Below, piece after piece: positions 16,177-20,000 of a stretch of 20,000 nucleotides of DNA. The notes under the pieces are model-generated. The model was not told where the DNA came from. It did not search any database and saw only the letters and a list, made by a program, of their open reading frames with translations. The position numbers and the translations under genes are program-made. The stretch is taken from the sequence record SRR20825019_1641; one strand, 5' to 3'. Each line of letters begins with the position of its first letter. The stretch's first letter is position 1.

Positions 16177-16211
16177 ATTCTCTTTTCTTGTAGCTAAGCA
16201 GCCAGTCTTGG

Positions 16212-16994
16212 CTAAGCAAGCCTCACAGAATGTGCACCATCAACAGGCAATGCCACCCCTGTAGTGAAACTTGAAGCCGGGCTTGCCAGCATCAGCATTG
16301 CAGGCACAAGTTCCGCCAGTTTTCCTGCACGTTTCGCCGGGCTTTGTGCCAGCATTTGCTGCCCAAGATCACTATCAAGGAAGGCATCGTTGATTTCTGT
16401 CTTGAAATACCCGGGGCAAAGAGCGTTTACCCGAATGCCCCAGCGCTGCCACTCAATGGCCATCGCGCGGGTCATCTGCACAACACCCGCCTTGCTGGTC
16501 GCATAGGTCAGTTGCTGCGGGCCAACACCAAGGCCAAGGATAGAGGCCGTGTTGATGATCGAGCCACCCTTGCCGTTCTCCAGCATGGCTTTGGCTGCAA
16601 TCTGGCCCACGCGCCACATACCCTTAAGGTTGGTGTTCATCGTGGCGTCCCAATCCTCTTCGCTATCCTCAAGCGCCCAGTTTGGCCGTGCGATGCCCGC
16701 GTTATTGCACACGATTGTCGGCACACCCAATTCGGCTTTGGCCTTCTCGAACGCTGCTTCAATGCTGGCCCGGTCTGTTACATCAAGCGCGACGGCAAGT
16801 GTTCTACGCCCGGTAGCTGACGCGATATCATTAGCCAGCGCCTCAATGCGGTCAGCTCGGCGGGCACCAAGCACTACATCTGCGCCAGCGCTTGCCAGCG
16901 CCCGGGCAAACTCGGCCCCAATGCCGGAACTTGCGCCCGCAACGAGTGCCACCTGGCCTTCAAGGCCAAAAAGATCATTTATAAAATTGCTCAT
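16212..16994 (-). CDS. Short-chain dehydrogenase/reductase (classical SDR)
   Basis: GASSGIG, NNAG, catalytic Ser and YATSK, GIRVNALCPG and VDG. Confidence 0.94.
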   Translation of the reverse strand: MSNFINDLFGLEGQVALVAGASSGIGAEFARALASAGADVVLGARRADRIEALANDIASATGRRTLAVALDVTDRASIEAAFEKAKAELGVPTIVCNNAGIARPNWALEDSEEDWDATMNTNLKGMWRVGQIAAKAMLENGKGGSIINTASILGLGVGPQQLTYATSKAGVVQMTRAMAIEWQRWGIRVNALCPGYFKTEINDAFLDSDLGQQMLAQSPAKRAGKLAELVPAMLMLASPASSFTTGVALPVDGAHSVRLA

Positions 16995-17002
16995 TTTATT
17001 CC

Positions 17003-19102
17003 TTACCCCGCGTTTTCACGGTCATAGTCTGTAAAGCTTTTCCCGGCTTCCGCCAATTCTTTCAGGAGCGGCGCCGGTTGCCACCAACGCGGCCCGAAGT
17101 TTTCCGCGAACTGACAGATACGGGCATAAACTTTCTCGAGCCCGATACTGTCTGCGTAGTGCATTGGTCCACCACGGTATGGCGGATAGCCGTACCCGTT
17201 CACGTAAACCACATCGATATCACTGGCGCGGTAGGCTTTGCCCTCGCCCAATATCTTCGCGCCCTCATTGATCAGCGCCATCATGCAACGTTCAACAATA
17301 TCCTCTGCGGGGATAGACTGGCGCTCAATCCCCAGCTTGGCACTTTCTTCTTCAATGATAGCCATCACGGATGGGTCTGGCTGTGGGGTACGGTCCCCCT
17401 CCGCATAGGTGTAAATACCCTTGCCAACTTTCAGGCCCTTGCGGCCTTGTTCCACAAGGCGATCAACCCAGTCATAGGCTTTGGTCTCGTAATTCTCGCG
17501 GCCCACGCCCTGCCTGTTAAGGTAACCGATATCAACACCCGCCATGTCTGACATTGTCATTGGCCCCATCGGCATGCCGAAGTTATATAGCGCAGCGTCT
17601 ACCTCTTCAGGTTTCGCGCCCTCAATCACGGCAAGCGATGCCTCGCGGCCATAGGGTGACAGCATGCGGTTACCGATAAAGCCGTGGCATACGCCAGCAA
17701 CCACACCAACTTTGCGGATGGTTTTGGCGAGGTCAATACATGTGGCCAGCACGTCAGTTGCTGTTTTATCAGCCCGTACAATCTCAAGAAGCCGCATCAC
17801 ATTGGCTGGCGAAAAGAAATGGAGACCAAGCACATCCTGAGGGCGCTTGGTGCAGGCCGCAATCTCGTTCACATCCAGATACGACGTGTTGGAAGCAAGG
17901 ATAGCCCCATCTTTTGCCACCCGGTCGAGCTCCGTGAAGACCTTTTTCTTGATCTCCATGGTTTCAAACACAGCTTCAATAATCAGGTCACAATCACCCA
18001 GGTCATCATAAGAAAGAGTGCCGGTAAACTGACCCATCAGGCCTTCCACCTGCTCGGCGGTTAGTTTACCCTTGGCGGCTGACCGCTCATAGTTTTTGCG
18101 CACAACACCAAGGCCACGATCAAGCGCCTCCTGCTGTACCTCAAGAATAGTGACCGGAATGCCAGCATTCGCGAAATTCATGGCGATGCCACCACCCATT
18201 GTGCCAGCACCGATGATGCCAACCTTCTTAATGGCGCGGCGCGGTGTTTCCTTATCAACACCCGGAATGCGGCTGACCTGCCGCTCAGCAAAGAACATAT
18301 GCTGAAGCGCACGGGACTGCGGGTTCTGGGCACATTCATAAAAAAGCTCACGCTCGCGCTTCAAGCCCTCAGCAAGCGGAAGCTTCACTGCAGCCTCAAC
18401 ACATTGCACACAGCGTTCCGGCGCGAAATAGCCTCGCGTTTGCTTGGCGATTGATTTGCGGAAGCCTGCGAAAAACTCTTCCCCAAACGCACTACCGTCG
18501 ATCTCAATCTCGCCCGTGCGGCGGGGGCCTTTTTGAATGGCGGCTTCTGCACATGCAATAGCGGCATCCAGAAGGCCATCATCAACAAGCTCGTCCAGAA
18601 CGCCCCAGCTTTTGGCTTCGTTTACGCTTACGTGCCTACCGCTGATAATGGCATCAAGTGCGTTCGCGGGCCCCGCAATACGTGGCAAACGCTGGGTGCC
18701 ACCAGCCCCCGGCAATATGCCAAGCTTCACCTCAGGCAAACCAATTTTGGCTGAGGAAAGCGCAACCCGGTAATGGCAGGAAAGCGCCACCTCAAGGCCA
18801 CCGCCAAGCGCCGTGCCATGGATTGCGGCCACAACCGGCTTTTCCATCGCCTCAATCTCATTCACCACATCCGGCAGATGCGGTTCCTGCATCGGTTTGC
18901 CAAACTCACGGATATCAGCACCTGCAATAAAGGTGCGCCCCTCACACGCGATAACAATCGCCTTAACGGCATCATCGGCTGTCAGGGCTTTCATCGCGTC
19001 AGACAGCCCCGCCCGAACGCTGTGCGAAAGGGCATTCACCGGTGGGTTATTGACGGTGATGACAGCAATGTCACCACGCATTTCTGTTGATACTGTGCTC
19101 AT
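17003..19102 (-). CDS. Bifunctional enoyl-CoA hydratase/3-hydroxyacyl-CoA dehydrogenase (FadB/PimF-like)
   Basis: Start moved to ATG 19102 (RBS GAGGGG). [50 protein letters not shown] and GFIGNRM. Confidence 0.95.
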   Translation of the reverse strand: MSTVSTEMRGDIAVITVNNPPVNALSHSVRAGLSDAMKALTADDAVKAIVIACEGRTFIAGADIREFGKPMQEPHLPDVVNEIEAMEKPVVAAIHGTALGGGLEVALSCHYRVALSSAKIGLPEVKLGILPGAGGTQRLPRIAGPANALDAIISGRHVSVNEAKSWGVLDELVDDGLLDAAIACAEAAIQKGPRRTGEIEIDGSAFGEEFFAGFRKSIAKQTRGYFAPERCVQCVEAAVKLPLAEGLKRERELFYECAQNPQSRALQHMFFAERQVSRIPGVDKETPRRAIKKVGIIGAGTMGGGIAMNFANAGIPVTILEVQQEALDRGLGVVRKNYERSAAKGKLTAEQVEGLMGQFTGTLSYDDLGDCDLIIEAVFETMEIKKKVFTELDRVAKDGAILASNTSYLDVNEIAACTKRPQDVLGLHFFSPANVMRLLEIVRADKTATDVLATCIDLAKTIRKVGVVAGVCHGFIGNRMLSPYGREASLAVIEGAKPEEVDAALYNFGMPMGPMTMSDMAGVDIGYLNRQGVGRENYETKAYDWVDRLVEQGRKGLKVGKGIYTYAEGDRTPQPDPSVMAIIEEESAKLGIERQSIPAEDIVERCMMALINEGAKILGEGKAYRASDIDVVYVNGYGYPPYRGGPMHYADSIGLEKVYARICQFAENFGPRWWQPAPLLKELAEAGKSFTDYDRENAG

Positions 19103-19214
19103 AATTTCCCCTCGTCCTCTTTGGGCGTTAGCATTTCGCCTGCCCAAGGTCTTCTTGTGAGAAAAGTTAGGGCACCGACGCGCTAAAGCCAGAAATCAGA
19201 TAAAATTTTGCGCC

Positions 19215-20000
19215 CTAAGCGCGTTCAATCACCATGGCAATGCCCTGCCCCACACCGATACACATGGTGGCGAGGCCGTACCGGCCGCCGGTTTCCTCTA
19301 GCTGATGCGCGAGCGTAAGTGCAATGCGCGCGCCAGACATGCCAAGCGGGTGGCCAAGGGCTATCGCCCCGCCATTCGGGTTCACATGCGCCGCATCATC
19401 CGGCAAGCCAAGGCCGCGAAGGCACGCAAGCGACTGCGCGGCAAACGCCTCATTCAGCTCAATCACATTCATCTGCTCAAGGGAAAGGCCCAGCCGTTTC
19501 AACAGCTTCTGTGTGGCGGGCACAGGGCCGTAACCCATGGTGCGGGGCGGCACGCCAGCACAGACAGCGCCAACAATGCGGGCCATTGGTGTAAGGCCGT
19601 GTTTTTTGACCGCAAGCTCGCTCGCCACAATCAGCGCGGCTGCACCGTCATTGGTGCCGGAGGCGTTACCGGCTGTCACCGTGCCTCCTTCCCGAAACGG
19701 TGCGCGCAATTTAGCTAGCGCTTCCACCGTGGTGCCGTGGCGAGGGTGCTCATCATGTTCGATGATCAGATCATCGCCTTTACGCTGGGGAATACGAACG
19801 GGCGCTATTTCACGAGCAAAGCGCCCAGCCTTTTGCGCTGCCTCAGCCCGCGCCTGAGACAGGCACGCAAAAGCATCCTGATCCTCCCGGCTGATATTCA
19901 TGTCTGCGGCAAGGTTTTCGGCCGTCTCGGGCATCGAATCGGTGCCATAAGCCGCATTCAGCGCCTTGTTCACAAACCGCCAGCCGATGGTGGTGTCATA
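19215..20000 (-). CDS. pcaF: 3-oxoadipyl-CoA thiolase (PcaF/PaaJ type), 3' part; the start lies beyond the window
   Basis: Frame is open to position 20000: [11 protein letters not shown]...[37 protein letters not shown] and MCIGVGQG. Confidence 0.88.
   Translation of the reverse strand, partial: YDTTIGWRFVNKALNAAYGTDSMPETAENLAADMNISREDQDAFACLSQARAEAAQKAGRFAREIAPVRIPQRKGDDLIIEHDEHPRHGTTVEALAKLRAPFREGGTVTAGNASGTNDGAAALIVASELAVKKHGLTPMARIVGAVCAGVPPRTMGYGPVPATQKLLKRLGLSLEQMNVIELNEAFAAQSLACLRGLGLPDDAAHVNPNGGAIALGHPLGMSGARIALTLAHQLEETGGRYGLATMCIGVGQGIAMVIERA

Noticed and set aside
1-20000. CRISPR arrays, IS elements, integrases, long tandem repeats, frameshifted pseudogenes
   Set aside because: None seen on reading; all main ORFs are intact and intergenic regions are short.

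Overview
Alphaproteobacterial chromosomal segment (assignment inferred from gene content and regulatory motifs), mostly housekeeping and catabolic genes. From left to right: 5' part of flgK (minus strand, missed by the ORF track) with a sigma-54 promoter and two downstream ftr-like enhancer motifs; a divergent two-gene cassette made of an HTH-less S24 (LexA/UmuD-type) peptidase, with an alphaproteobacterial SOS box over its RBS, and a strongly divergent FolC/Mur-type ligase that ends 19 bp from the 3' end of tRNA-Leu(UAA); a CinA/MoCF-domain gene; the frmA-fghA formaldehyde detoxification genes plus a secreted S33 prolyl-aminopeptidase-like gene; purB; a secreted amidohydrolase; an sfsA-map-radC-Nudix-CYTH cluster; a TonB-dependent receptor; and a thiolase/FadB-like/SDR beta-oxidation cluster. 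The best candidate for an undescribed system is the SOS-boxed S24 peptidase plus divergent FolC-like ligase cassette (1361-3271). A candidate small RNA lies upstream of the TonB-dependent receptor (about 13565-13636). No integrase, transposase or CRISPR array was seen. All calls are from manual motif reading, with no database searches.
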